Below are positions 10,526 through 19,161 of a stretch of DNA of 27,029 nucleotides, piece by piece (position 1 is the stretch's first letter; each line of letters starts with the position of its first letter). A model generated the notes under the pieces. That model did no database searches and had not been told where the DNA came from. It saw only the letters and a program-made list of their open reading frames with translations. Source of the DNA: Acidobacteriota bacterium (GTDB lineage Bacteria > Acidobacteriota > UBA6911 > JACQSX01). Both the position numbers and the translations under genes were made by a program. Where the stretch lies: contig DASXQR010000145.1 in the NCBI GenBank assembly GCA_036507075.1, forward strand, positions 1 to 27,029, read 5' to 3'.

Positions 10526-12211
10526 TTACAGTCTTCCCCGCTTGTATTCTTCTACCAGATAATCGCAGGCGCGCGATGCCAGGGCCATAATGGTGATGGT
10601 TGGATTCTGGCAGGCGGATGCCGGATACACCGCGCCGTCCATAACAAACAGATTGCTCACATCATGTGCCTGCTGCCACTTGTTCAGCACAGACGTTTTC
10701 GGATCGTTGCCCATGCGAGCCGTTCCTACTTCGTGAATTGCCAGGCCGGGAGGAGAAATTTCCGCATGGGATCGGACGTATTCAGCGCCCGCGGCTTGCA
10801 GCATCTCTGCCGCGGTGGCGGCCATGTCGTCGACCATCTTCTTTTCGTTATCTCCAAAGGCCGCCGAGATGTGAAGCACCGGAATTCCCCACGCGTCGAC
10901 TTTCTCTTTGTCCAACTCACAATAGTTTTCGAAGCGCGGCAGACACTCGCCGAATCCACCCAGGTTGATATACCAGGGGTGATTCTCGCGCACGGCCTTC
11001 TTGAATGAAGCGCCGAATCCGGGCATGCCGAACGCGTGCCCCCAGGTGCTTTCATCGGCAGAGCCCTGGAAGCCGTAACCGCGCAGGAAATCCGGGTGTC
11101 TGGTCTCGATATTCCGAAAACGCGCGACGTACACGCCGTTGGGCCGGTTGCCCCGGCTGTCCCGGACGTTCTTCAACATCGGCAAAACTCCCGAAGCACC
11201 GCCGCCCATCACGTGATCCATCAGGTAATGACCGAGCATGCCGCTCGAGTTTGCAATTCCCCCCGGATGCCGGTCTGACCTGGAATTAAGCATGATGCGG
11301 GTTGATTCCAGGCAGGAGGCGCACAGTACCACCACTTTGCCGAAAACCTCGCGGTGATTGCGCGTCAGCCTGTCGACGTAATGAATGCCCTTGGCCCTTC
11401 CCTTGTCGTCAACCACAACATGGCTTACCACGGCGTTGGGAATTACGGTCAGTTTTCCTGTGGCCTCGGCGGCAGGCAGAGTGCTGGCGGGGCTGCTGTA
11501 ATAAGATCCCGTGGTGCATCCGCGAGAACAAGGTCCGCAGTAATGGCATTTGGGCCGTCCATTCAGGTCCTGCGTGAGGATGGCAACCCTTCCGATTGTC
11601 ACGGTGCGGCCGAACTTGGCCTTCACTTTGTCACGCAGCAAAACCTCACCACAGGACAGGTGCATCGGCGGCAGGAACTGTCCGTCGGGCAACTGCGGCA
11701 GGTTCTCGTTTTGACCGCTGACGCCGACAAACTTTTCCACGCGGTCGTAGTAAGGCGCGAGCTCGGCGTAACTGATCGGCCAATCCACCCCAAATCCATC
11801 CCGCGAGGCCGCCTTCAAATCGTAATCGCTCAACCGATAAGTCTGGCGCGCCCACATGATGGACTTTCCGCCAACGTGACGGCCGCGAATCCAGAGAAAG
11901 GGGCGATCCCTGGGAGTAGTGTAGGGATGTTCCAGATCGTTAATGAAAAGATGATTGGTGTATTCGTCGCACTGGTAACACTCTTTCTGGATGGGCTGCT
12001 GCTCTTGGGAGGCGTGGGTGCCAAAGCGACGCCCGCGCAGCGGCATATCGTAGGGAAGCTTATGCTCGGTGTAGTCCACATCCGGATCCAGCTTGCGCCC
12101 CGCCTCCAGGACAGCGACGCGCAGCCCGGATTCGGTCAGTTGTTTTGCGACCCACCCGCCGGATGCGCCCGAGCCGACAATGATTGCGTCATAAACCTGG
12201 TTCTGTGCCAT
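10526..12211 (-). CDS. GMC family FAD oxidoreductase, large subunit (glycoside 3-dehydrogenase-like)
   Basis: DAIIVGSGASGG FAD motif, CHYCGPCSRGC Fe-S cysteine cluster, HEVGTARMG and QNPT active-site motifs. Start at MAQNQ. Confidence 0.93.
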   Translation of the reverse strand: MAQNQVYDAIIVGSGASGGWVAKQLTESGLRVAVLEAGRKLDPDVDYTEHKLPYDMPLRGRRFGTHASQEQQPIQKECYQCDEYTNHLFINDLEHPYTTPRDRPFLWIRGRHVGGKSIMWARQTYRLSDYDLKAASRDGFGVDWPISYAELAPYYDRVEKFVGVSGQNENLPQLPDGQFLPPMHLSCGEVLLRDKVKAKFGRTVTIGRVAILTQDLNGRPKCHYCGPCSRGCTTGSYYSSPASTLPAAEATGKLTVIPNAVVSHVVVDDKGRAKGIHYVDRLTRNHREVFGKVVVLCASCLESTRIMLNSRSDRHPGGIANSSGMLGHYLMDHVMGGGASGVLPMLKNVRDSRGNRPNGVYVARFRNIETRHPDFLRGYGFQGSADESTWGHAFGMPGFGASFKKAVRENHPWYINLGGFGECLPRFENYCELDKEKVDAWGIPVLHISAAFGDNEKKMVDDMAATAAEMLQAAGAEYVRSHAEISPPGLAIHEVGTARMGNDPKTSVLNKWQQAHDVSNLFVMDGAVYPASACQNPTITIMALASRACDYLVEEYKRGRL

Positions 12212-12257
12212 TGTGCCTTTGTGGTGAAAATCCGTAAATCTGCGGCTGGTTCTCCAA

Positions 12258-12860
12258 TCAGGCTTTGTGTTCAGGATGTGTGCAGCCCGGATAATCATCA
12301 AAGAAGAGGTTGCCATCATCCCCCAGCTCTTCCTTCATTCCCACTTCTGAAGTGTAATAGCCGGTAATGGTCAGGGACTTGATCGCGTTGAAGAACTCCA
12401 CTCCAATCTGATCTTCCAGCGCCTTGTTGCTGCGTGAACTGATAATCGTCAGCAGGGCCGTTTGCTGCTCGGGAGTTGCTTTGACGAAGTCGGCTCCAAA
12501 GAGCTCGTCGCTGCGGCTGTCGATCCAGCGAAGCCCCCGCGCGAATTCTTTCCTCTCATTGCTGTCCGCGTCATCCAGGACCGCATCGACAAACTCGTTG
12601 ACGCGGGCAGCCTTGGCTCCCGCAGTATCGGTTTGCGGAATAATCAGTTCGGAAAGGCTAATCACAAGTTCATTCTGCTTGGCATTGAGGAATTTCGGGC
12701 TCCATGGGGCGGCCGTTTCGGCGGCCGCGGCTTTCTGGTGCGAGTGGGCGAGGGCGACATCACTGAGCTTTTGAACCCAGACAGGAGCTGCTGCGACGCC
12801 CATCCCTCCCATGGCGAGCTTTCTCAGCGCTTCGCGACGGTTCAGATGAGATGTATTCAT
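12258..12860 (-). CDS. Gluconate 2-dehydrogenase subunit 3 family protein (Tat-exported small subunit)
   Basis: NRREAL twin-arginine motif, IIPQTDTAGA, TITGYYTSEVG, directly upstream of the GMC gene. Confidence 0.9.
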   Translation of the reverse strand: MNTSHLNRREALRKLAMGGMGVAAAPVWVQKLSDVALAHSHQKAAAAETAAPWSPKFLNAKQNELVISLSELIIPQTDTAGAKAARVNEFVDAVLDDADSNERKEFARGLRWIDSRSDELFGADFVKATPEQQTALLTIISSRSNKALEDQIGVEFFNAIKSLTITGYYTSEVGMKEELGDDGNLFFDDYPGCTHPEHKA

Positions 12861-12945
12861 TTTCCTTTCTCTTCCAGTCGTTACAGACCAACCACAATTT
12901 TAGCGTGTAGGCGGGCTGAGCTGGAAATTAATTCGGCGCTAGATG

Positions 12946-13270
12946 CGGGTTCCCGGGTTTCGGGTTGACGAGTTACGGGTTGACGAGTTACGGGTTCTCG
13001 GGTTCCGGGTGACGAGGTGTCGAGTTGGCGAATTGTAAAACTCAAAATTGCGCCATCGGCAACTCAATGCAGCCATTTGGAAATACCAATACGAGGTCTC
13101 ACTTAAAAATTTCACTCAAATTACTCAAACTCGCAACTTGTCAACCCGTAACCTGGAACCCGGAACCCGGAACCCGGAACTCGTCAACCCGAAACCCGAG
13201 AACCCGAAACCCGAGAACCCGAAACCCGGAACTCGTCAACCCGGAACTCGTCAACCCGGAACCCGAGAAC
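12946..13270. repeat. Heptamer-armed palindromic element
   Basis: Left CGGGTT/CGAGTT units at 12946-13026, AT-rich core, right AACCCG(G/A)/AACTCGTC units at 13128-13270. Confidence 0.88.
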
Positions 13271-14232
13271 TATGCCCAGTACGCCACGCCTGCGGGTTCG
13301 GCGATTACGACGCTTTTCAGAAAGGCGATCGCCTTTTTCAATCCTTCCGTGCCCGACATGAGGCTGTCTTCATGTTCGATACTGATGACATGGTCATAGC
13401 CGATCAGTCTCAAGTTGCTGATGATCTCCTTCCAGACCTTGTCGTCGTGACCGTAGCCGACCGTCCTGAAAATCCACGACCGCTCGATTTCCCGGGTGTA
13501 CTTTTTGGCGTCCAGCACGCCGTTGACGGATTTGTTGTGCGCATCAATGCCGCAGTCCTTGGCGTGGAAATGATAGACGCAGTCTCCCAGAGACCGGAGC
13601 GCGGGACCGATCTCTACGCCCTGCCAGAACATATGGCTCGGATCGAAATTGCAACCGATTACTCCCGGCGCAATGTCGCGCAGTCTCAGCATCGTTTCCG
13701 GGTTGTAAACGACAAAATTAGGATGCATTTCTATGGCGACTTTCATTCCGTTCGACTTGCAGAACTTTGCCGTCTCCTTCCAGTAGGGAATCACGCGTTC
13801 TTCCCACTGCCACTCCAGCATTTCCATGAATTCAGGAGGCCAGGGCGCGATGATCCAATTGGGCTGTGTCGCCTTGGGATCGCCGCCCGGGCAGCCGCTG
13901 AACGTGATGACGCGATCGACGTCGAGTTTCCGCGCCAGTTTGACCGTCTGCTCGAAAACGCTGTGATGGTCCCTGGCGATCTTCTTCTGGGGGTGAAGAG
14001 GGTTGCCGTGACAGCTCAAGGCGCTGATGGTGAGATGGCGGCTTTCAATAGCTTTTTTGAAGCGTTTCAGCCGCGATTCGTTACTGAGCAGGGCGGCCGG
14101 ATCGCAGTGAGCATTGCCCGGGTAAGCGCCGGTTCCGATTTCAACCGCCTGCAGGCCCAGCTCCAGCAGGTAGTCGAGCGTTTCTTCGAACGGCTTGTCT
14201 CCAAAGAGAACTGAAAATACTCCGATCTTCAT
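13270..14232 (-). CDS. Sugar phosphate isomerase/epimerase family TIM-barrel protein
   Basis: LSCHGNPLHP, IEMHP, NFDPSH, HFHAKD, SIEHED metal-binding motifs. RBS AAAGGAGG. Confidence 0.92.
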   Translation of the reverse strand: MKIGVFSVLFGDKPFEETLDYLLELGLQAVEIGTGAYPGNAHCDPAALLSNESRLKRFKKAIESRHLTISALSCHGNPLHPQKKIARDHHSVFEQTVKLARKLDVDRVITFSGCPGGDPKATQPNWIIAPWPPEFMEMLEWQWEERVIPYWKETAKFCKSNGMKVAIEMHPNFVVYNPETMLRLRDIAPGVIGCNFDPSHMFWQGVEIGPALRSLGDCVYHFHAKDCGIDAHNKSVNGVLDAKKYTREIERSWIFRTVGYGHDDKVWKEIISNLRLIGYDHVISIEHEDSLMSGTEGLKKAIAFLKSVVIAEPAGVAYWA

Positions 14233-14267
14233 GGGATGCCGCCTCCTTTAAGTATGAGCGTCCTTTT

Positions 14268-14500
14268 GTTTCGGGTTGACTGGTTCCGGGTTAACCGGGT
14301 TCCGGGTTCCGGGTTGACTAGTTGCGAGTTGACGAATTAAAAAATTCAAAAATATCAAGGCAATCTTTTGCTCCTTCAAATTTTCAATCTTCAATTCTCT
14401 CATTCGTTAACCCGCAACCAGTCAACCGTAACCTTCAACCCGTAACCCGCCAACCCGGAACCCGTCAACCCGGAACCCGTCAACCCGCCACTCGTCAACC
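14268..14500. repeat. Heptamer-armed palindromic element
   Basis: Left CCGGGTT units at 14268-14335, AT-rich core, right AACCCG units at 14403-14500. Confidence 0.85.
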
Positions 14501-15622
14501 GCCGACTTTGATCCACTTTCTGTCATGCGCCGACCTTTCCATGGCGTCGAGAACACGCTGGTTGATCACGCCGTCTTCAAAATTCGGCGCCGGCACGCGT
14601 TCGTCTGCAATTCCCTCGAGTAAGTCGTATACGGTATGCGTGAAAGTGTGCTCGTATCCGATGATATGGCCGGGGGGCCACCATGCCTTCATGTATGGAT
14701 GGCTGCTTTCCGTGACCATCACATTGCGAAAACCCTGAACCGCAGGCGCGTCGGAAGTCAAAAACACCTCCAGCTCATTCAATCGTTCAAGATTGAACGC
14801 GACGCTTCCCTTGCTGCCGTTGATTTCAAATCTGTTGTAGTTTTTCCGGCCCGTGGCAAAGCGGGACGCTTCAATGGTGCCGAGCGCGCCGTTGTTGAAA
14901 CGCACCACGGCCGCCGACGCGTCGTCGACTGTCACTTTTCCCTTCTTGCGCGGGTTATCGGGAAGGGGTCTCTCCTTGATGAACGTCTCCAGCGCGCAGC
15001 TGACTTCTTCGATCTCACCCACAAGAAAGCGGGCCAGGTCGATGGAATGCGAAGCAATGTCTCCCAGCGCTCCTGATCCCGCCTTGTCTTTCTGCAGTCG
15101 CCACACCAGTGGAAAGCTCGGATCCACAATCCAATCCTGAAGGTAGGTTCCGCGGTAATGATAAATGTCGCCCAGCTTTCCCTGTTCGACCAACTGTCGC
15201 GCCAGCATCACGGCCGGGGCGCGGCGGTAGTTGTGGCATACCATGTGGATAACGCCCGCCTTTTTGACGGCGGCCAGCATCTTTTCCGCCTCTTTCACCG
15301 TATTGGCCAGCGGCTTTTCGCAGAAGACGACTTTACCGGCCTGGGCCGCTGCGATTGCAATTTCAGCGTGGCTGTCTCCGGGAGTACTAACGTCAACGAC
15401 GTGAATGTCTTTACGGCGCACGACCTTGCGCCAGTCCGTTTCGGCTTCTTCCCAGCCGTATTTTTCCGCGGCAGCTTGAACATTTTTTACGTTGCGGCCG
15501 CACAGCACTTTCATCCGAGGCTGCAACCGCGGATTGAAGAAAGCTGAAACCTGACGATAGGCATTGCTGTGCGCCTTGCCCATGAAGGCATATCCGATTA
15601 ATGCGACATTTACCTGCGGCAT
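14495..15622 (-). CDS. Gfo/Idh/MocA family NAD(P)-dependent oxidoreductase
   Basis: [45 protein letters not shown]. Start at MPQVN. Confidence 0.93.
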   Translation of the reverse strand: MPQVNVALIGYAFMGKAHSNAYRQVSAFFNPRLQPRMKVLCGRNVKNVQAAAEKYGWEEAETDWRKVVRRKDIHVVDVSTPGDSHAEIAIAAAQAGKVVFCEKPLANTVKEAEKMLAAVKKAGVIHMVCHNYRRAPAVMLARQLVEQGKLGDIYHYRGTYLQDWIVDPSFPLVWRLQKDKAGSGALGDIASHSIDLARFLVGEIEEVSCALETFIKERPLPDNPRKKGKVTVDDASAAVVRFNNGALGTIEASRFATGRKNYNRFEINGSKGSVAFNLERLNELEVFLTSDAPAVQGFRNVMVTESSHPYMKAWWPPGHIIGYEHTFTHTVYDLLEGIADERVPAPNFEDGVINQRVLDAMERSAHDRKWIKVGG

Positions 15623-15703
15623 GAGGCCCCCGGAAGCTGAAGAGAAAGGGAAATCTACAACAGACCGCCACAGGACACAAGGGCCTCGGGAAGCGCGGAA
15701 CGA

Positions 15704-15788
15704 GGGAGTGGGGGAGTGGGGGACTGGGAGAGTGGGAGAGTGGGAGAGTGGGAGAGTGGGAGAGTGGGAGAGTGGGGGAGTGGGAGAG
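15704..15788 (+). repeat. G-rich octamer tandem repeat (GGGAGAGT)n
   Basis: Six perfect units at 15726-15773 plus about five variant units. Confidence 0.95.
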
Positions 15789-15839
15789 CTGCGCACCAGC
15801 AGAGCCGCAACTGGAAAGGGAGCGGCGCACCGATGTGAG

Positions 15840-16022
15840 TTGATCCGCGCTTTCAGCGCAGATCGGCGGCCGAAAATCTTGATCCGCGCTTTCAGCACGA
15901 TCAGCGGCCAAAAGTCTTGATCCGCGCTTTCAGCACGATCAGCGGCCAAAAATCTTGATCCGCGCTTTCAGCGCAGATCAGCGGCCAAAAATCCGTTCTG
16001 GTCAGCGTTCACCCGCGGCAGA
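15840..16022 (+). repeat. Tandem array of four 38-39-bp units plus terminal variant, related to the GxxExxY flank
   Basis: TTGATCCGCGCTTTCAGC(GCA/AC)GATC(A/G)GCGGCC(A/G)AAA(A/G)TC starting at 15840, 15879, 15917 and 15955. Confidence 0.92.
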
Positions 16023-16026
16023 GCCT

Positions 16027-16440
16027 TCATTTCTTTGCGTCCGAGGCGGCCGCCGGTTTTTCGAAGGTTTTTACGTAGTCCGCCAGCGCGTCAATCTCAG
16101 GCGGCTTCAACTTCTCTTTGAACGGCCGCATGGCAGTTCCCTTGACGCCGTCGCGGATGACTTCCGCAATTTCTTTGTGGCCGTTGCCATGCTTCCACTC
16201 GCTGTCCTGCAGGTTGAGCGGTTTGGCCCGGGCGTTGCCGTTGGCCATGTGGCAGGACTGGCAGTGGGTTTTGTAAAGTTTGAGTGTTGCCGGATCTGCC
16301 TGGGCCTGTTGGGCGATGGAAACGCCGAACAGAGTCAAGGCAGTGATTGCCACGATCAGGGCTGCCTGCAACAGCCCGCTGGTCCGGATTATTGAATTAT
16401 CAGGCACAAGAATGCTCCACAAGCTTGTTGTTCGCCCCAT
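16027..16440 (-). CDS. Monoheme class I cytochrome c (start uncertain)
   Basis: CQSCH heme motif, GVKGTAMRPF axial Met, hydrophobic signal ending AQA. Confidence 0.85.
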   Translation of the reverse strand: MGRTTSLWSILVPDNSIIRTSGLLQAALIVAITALTLFGVSIAQQAQADPATLKLYKTHCQSCHMANGNARAKPLNLQDSEWKHGNGHKEIAEVIRDGVKGTAMRPFKEKLKPPEIDALADYVKTFEKPAAASDAKK

Positions 16441-16465
16441 ACTTAGGAGGCGACAGAAATAGTAA

Positions 16466-16527
16466 AGTTTCAATTTTTGAATTTCAATTCGACAACCCGC
16501 AACGCGTAACTCGACAAACCGCAACCC
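16466..16527. repeat. Solo right arm of the heptamer element
   Basis: TTTCAATTTTTGAATT..CGACAACCCGCAACGCGTAACTCG matches the 10404-10450 core/arm junction. Confidence 0.65.
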
Positions 16528-16563
16528 ACACCTGCAGGCCGCTCATTCGCCGGGACAGCTGCC

Positions 16564-17436
16564 TCACACGTCGCAAATCCGGAATGCCTGAGCCAGAGAA
16601 GTCAGCGGGTCTCTGGTGGGAATGAACTCCTGTCCGATGAACCCGGTATAGCCCGTATCCAGGATCGCCTTGGAGATGGCCGCGTAGTTGAGTTCCTGAG
16701 TCTCGTCAATTTCATTTCGACCCGGATTTCCGCCGGTGTGGTAATGGACAAAGTAGTCCTTGTTTTCCCGAATGGTGCGGATCACATCGCCTTCCATGAT
16801 CTGCATATGGTAAATGTCGTAAAGCAGCTTGAACCGCGGCGATCCCACTTTCTTCACCAGCCTGACACCCCAATCGGTCTTGTCGCACATGTAGTCCTTG
16901 TGGTTCACCTTGCTGTTGAGGAGCTCAATGGCGACATTGATGTTTTTCTGTTCCGCATGGCCGATGAAGCGCTTTACACCGACGGCGCAGTTCTCCAGTC
17001 CTTCCTCATCGGACATTCCTTTGCGGTTGCCCGAAAAAACAATCACGCTGGGAATTCCCGCTTCAGCGGCGAAATCGATATTCTTTTTGGCGGTGGCTTC
17101 ACAGCGATCGTGATTCTCGAGGCGGTTGAGATTGTCCGGGATTCCGGGAATGCCCCAGGTCATGGCGCAGGTAAGTCCGTACTTTCGCACCACGGCGAAT
17201 TCCTCGGGCCCGATCAGCTCCACCGATTTCAGTCCGATTTTGGCCGCCCCGGCTGCCAGCTCATCAAGGCTCAGCTTCCTGTCATAACACCACTTGCAGA
17301 CGGAATGATTGATATTGCCGCGGCCTTTTGCTGTTTGAACTTCAGCCGCGGAAAGATAGGGCAAGGCCATCGAAGCCGCAGCACCTCCGGCCACAGTTTT
17401 CAAAACCGACCGCCGATCCCAGTCCTGTTCCTTCAT
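16564..17436 (-). CDS. Tat-exported hydroxypyruvate isomerase-like TIM-barrel protein
   Basis: DRRSVL twin-arginine motif, HSVCKWC, ELLNSKVNHKDY, LLYDIYHMQIMEGD, HTGGNPGRNE. Confidence 0.9.
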   Translation of the reverse strand: MKEQDWDRRSVLKTVAGGAAASMALPYLSAAEVQTAKGRGNINHSVCKWCYDRKLSLDELAAGAAKIGLKSVELIGPEEFAVVRKYGLTCAMTWGIPGIPDNLNRLENHDRCEATAKKNIDFAAEAGIPSVIVFSGNRKGMSDEEGLENCAVGVKRFIGHAEQKNINVAIELLNSKVNHKDYMCDKTDWGVRLVKKVGSPRFKLLYDIYHMQIMEGDVIRTIRENKDYFVHYHTGGNPGRNEIDETQELNYAAISKAILDTGYTGFIGQEFIPTRDPLTSLAQAFRICDV

Positions 17437-17526
17437 AACTCCCCCCCTTTGGCATAAAAGGCGATTCTCTAGCTTACAAAATTTATGAAAAAGTTTCGTA
17501 AAAATTTAAGGGAGGGAGTTATGTAA

Positions 17527-17632
17527 TCAGCCGCCGGTTAACGCAGACGGGCACGGATCATAAAAGGCCGCCGGTTTCCGCAAACGGGCACGGATCATAA
17601 AGGGCCGCCAATTAACGCGGAGAACACGGATC
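17527..17632. repeat. Left flank of GxxExxY gene: three 37-bp-period units
   Basis: GCCGCC..TT..CGC..A...(G/A)CACGGATC starting at 17530, 17567 and 17604, ending 4 nt before the ATG. Confidence 0.9.
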
Positions 17633-17636
17633 TGAT

Positions 17637-18044
17637 ATGACTGAAGAATTGAAACATAAGGAACTAACGGGGACGATCATTGGTGCGTTCTTTGATGTTT
17701 ACAACGAGCTCGGTCACGGCTTTCTGGAATCGGTGTACGAAGCGTCCATGGGACTGGTGCTGTCTTCAAAGGGATTGGAGATCATGAGGCAGGCGCCTTT
17801 ACCAGTCTGGTTTCGCGAACAACTGGTGGGTGATTTCCGAGCGGACCTCCTTGTTGAGAGAAAAATAATTGTAGAGATCAAAGCAGCCAGAGCTCTTGAT
17901 CCGGCCAATGAAGCCCAGATTCTAAATTATTTGCGGGCATCTGAGATCGAAATTGGCATGCTGATAAACTTTGGACCCAAGCCCGAGTTCAAGCGTATGA
18001 TTTTCGAAAACAGCAGGAAGAAGATCCGTACTGTTGCGCGTTAA
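17637..18044 (+). CDS. GxxExxY protein (PD-(D/E)XK nuclease superfamily)
   Basis: GFLESVY signature, ADLLVE..IIVEIKA (D...ExK), QILNYL, GMLINFG. Confidence 0.93.
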   Translation: MTEELKHKELTGTIIGAFFDVYNELGHGFLESVYEASMGLVLSSKGLEIMRQAPLPVWFREQLVGDFRADLLVERKIIVEIKAARALDPANEAQILNYLRASEIEIGMLINFGPKPEFKRMIFENSRKKIRTVAR

Positions 18045-18120
18045 CTTACGGGGGAGATTCCCGCCTGACGAAAAAGCCGTGCTTGGTGATTCGAGCTTAA
18101 AAAAAGCTCTGTGAAGAAAA

Positions 18121-18190
18121 ATGATCCGTGCTTTTCAGCGTAAACCGGCGGCTGAAAAATCCGTGCTGGTCGGCGTTCATCAGCGGCAGA
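18121..18190. repeat. Right flank of GxxExxY gene: two units inverted relative to the left flank
   Basis: Reverse complement of 18121-18155 matches 17527-17561 at 30/35 positions. Confidence 0.88.
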
Positions 18191-18227
18191 AATGAGGTAA
18201 GCTATTTTCAAACCCGGGAGTCGAATC

Positions 18228-19034
18228 ATGAAGAGAACGGTCATAATCGTGTACTTCCTTGCATGGGCAGCGCTGTTGGGTTCTCTGCCGAAAGCATCGG
18301 CGGCGATGAAGGCCCCGAAGGGCAAAAAGCATATCCTGTTCATGACCAAGTCGGCGGGATTTACGCATGAAGTAGTGAAATGGCAGACGCCCGGCGGCGA
18401 AAGGAAGATGCCGTTTGCCGGCGAGACCATGCAAAAGCTCGCCGAGCAGGAGAAGGACTTTGAAGTTAATGTCACCGACGACGTCGCACTGCTGAGCGCC
18501 GACGGGTTAAAGAACTACGACGCCGTGGTCTTTTACACTACCGGAGAGCTTCCCATCAGCGACGAACAGAAGACCGCTTTGATGGACTTTGTCAAATCAG
18601 GCAAGGGATTCGCAGGAGTCCACAGCGCAACCGATACTTTCTACAAATGGCCCGACTACGGCGAGATGATCGGCGGTTATTTTGACGGCCATCCGTGGCA
18701 TCAGGAAGTCAATGTCATCGTGGAAGACACCAAGCACCCCGCGACGCGCCACCTGGGGAAATCCTTCCGCATCGCCGACGAGATCTATCAGTACAAAAAC
18801 TTCTCGCGCGACCGCGTTCACGTCCTGATGAAGCTGGACACTTCCTCGGTCGACATGACCAAGCCAAATATCAAGCGCACCGATGGCGATTTCGCTTTAG
18901 CCTGGATTCGCGACTGGGGCAAGGGCCGCGTGTTTTACACAGCACTCGGGCACAAGCCGGAAGTCTGGTCGGATCCGCGGTTTCAAACACATCTTCTCAA
19001 CGGCATTCGCTGGACAATGAGAACAATAAAATAG
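18228..19034 (+). CDS. ThuA-like (trehalose utilisation, GATase-like fold) exported protein
   Basis: Signal peptide, [37 protein letters not shown]. Confidence 0.9.
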   Translation: MKRTVIIVYFLAWAALLGSLPKASAAMKAPKGKKHILFMTKSAGFTHEVVKWQTPGGERKMPFAGETMQKLAEQEKDFEVNVTDDVALLSADGLKNYDAVVFYTTGELPISDEQKTALMDFVKSGKGFAGVHSATDTFYKWPDYGEMIGGYFDGHPWHQEVNVIVEDTKHPATRHLGKSFRIADEIYQYKNFSRDRVHVLMKLDTSSVDMTKPNIKRTDGDFALAWIRDWGKGRVFYTALGHKPEVWSDPRFQTHLLNGIRWTMRTIK

Positions 19035-19157
19035 TCCGTTGTCCGTTGTCCGTGGTCAGTTGTCAAGGTCGATTTCCATGGACCACTGACCACGGAACCG
19101 ACCGACAACGGACAACCAACCACGGACAACGGACAACGGACCACTGACCACCGACAA
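19033..19157. repeat. Second heptamer-armed palindrome (GTCCGTT / GACAACG)
   Basis: GTCCGTTGTCCGTTGTCCGTGGTCAGTTGTC inverted against GACCACTGACCAC..GACAACGGACAACGGAC. Confidence 0.85.
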
Positions 19158-19161
19158 AAAG

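Noticed and set aside
11354..12367. 337-aa plus-strand ORF
   Set aside because: It is antisense to the GMC gene with no recognisable motifs, as is typical of high-GC codon bias.
13025..14214. Plus-strand ORFs with TRNPEP/PGTRQ repeats (also 10141-10513, 14322-14738, 18695-19147)
   Set aside because: They are translations of heptamer DNA repeats and/or antisense or alternative-frame shadows of real genes.
15623..15949. N-terminal extension of the Gfo/Idh/MocA ORF (PTLPLSHS repeats)
   Set aside because: It is read through repeat DNA; the Rossmann fold begins right after ATG 15622.
15840..15993. CRISPR array
   Set aside because: Units are head-to-tail with no unique spacers, there are no cas genes, and the sequence matches the GxxExxY flank.
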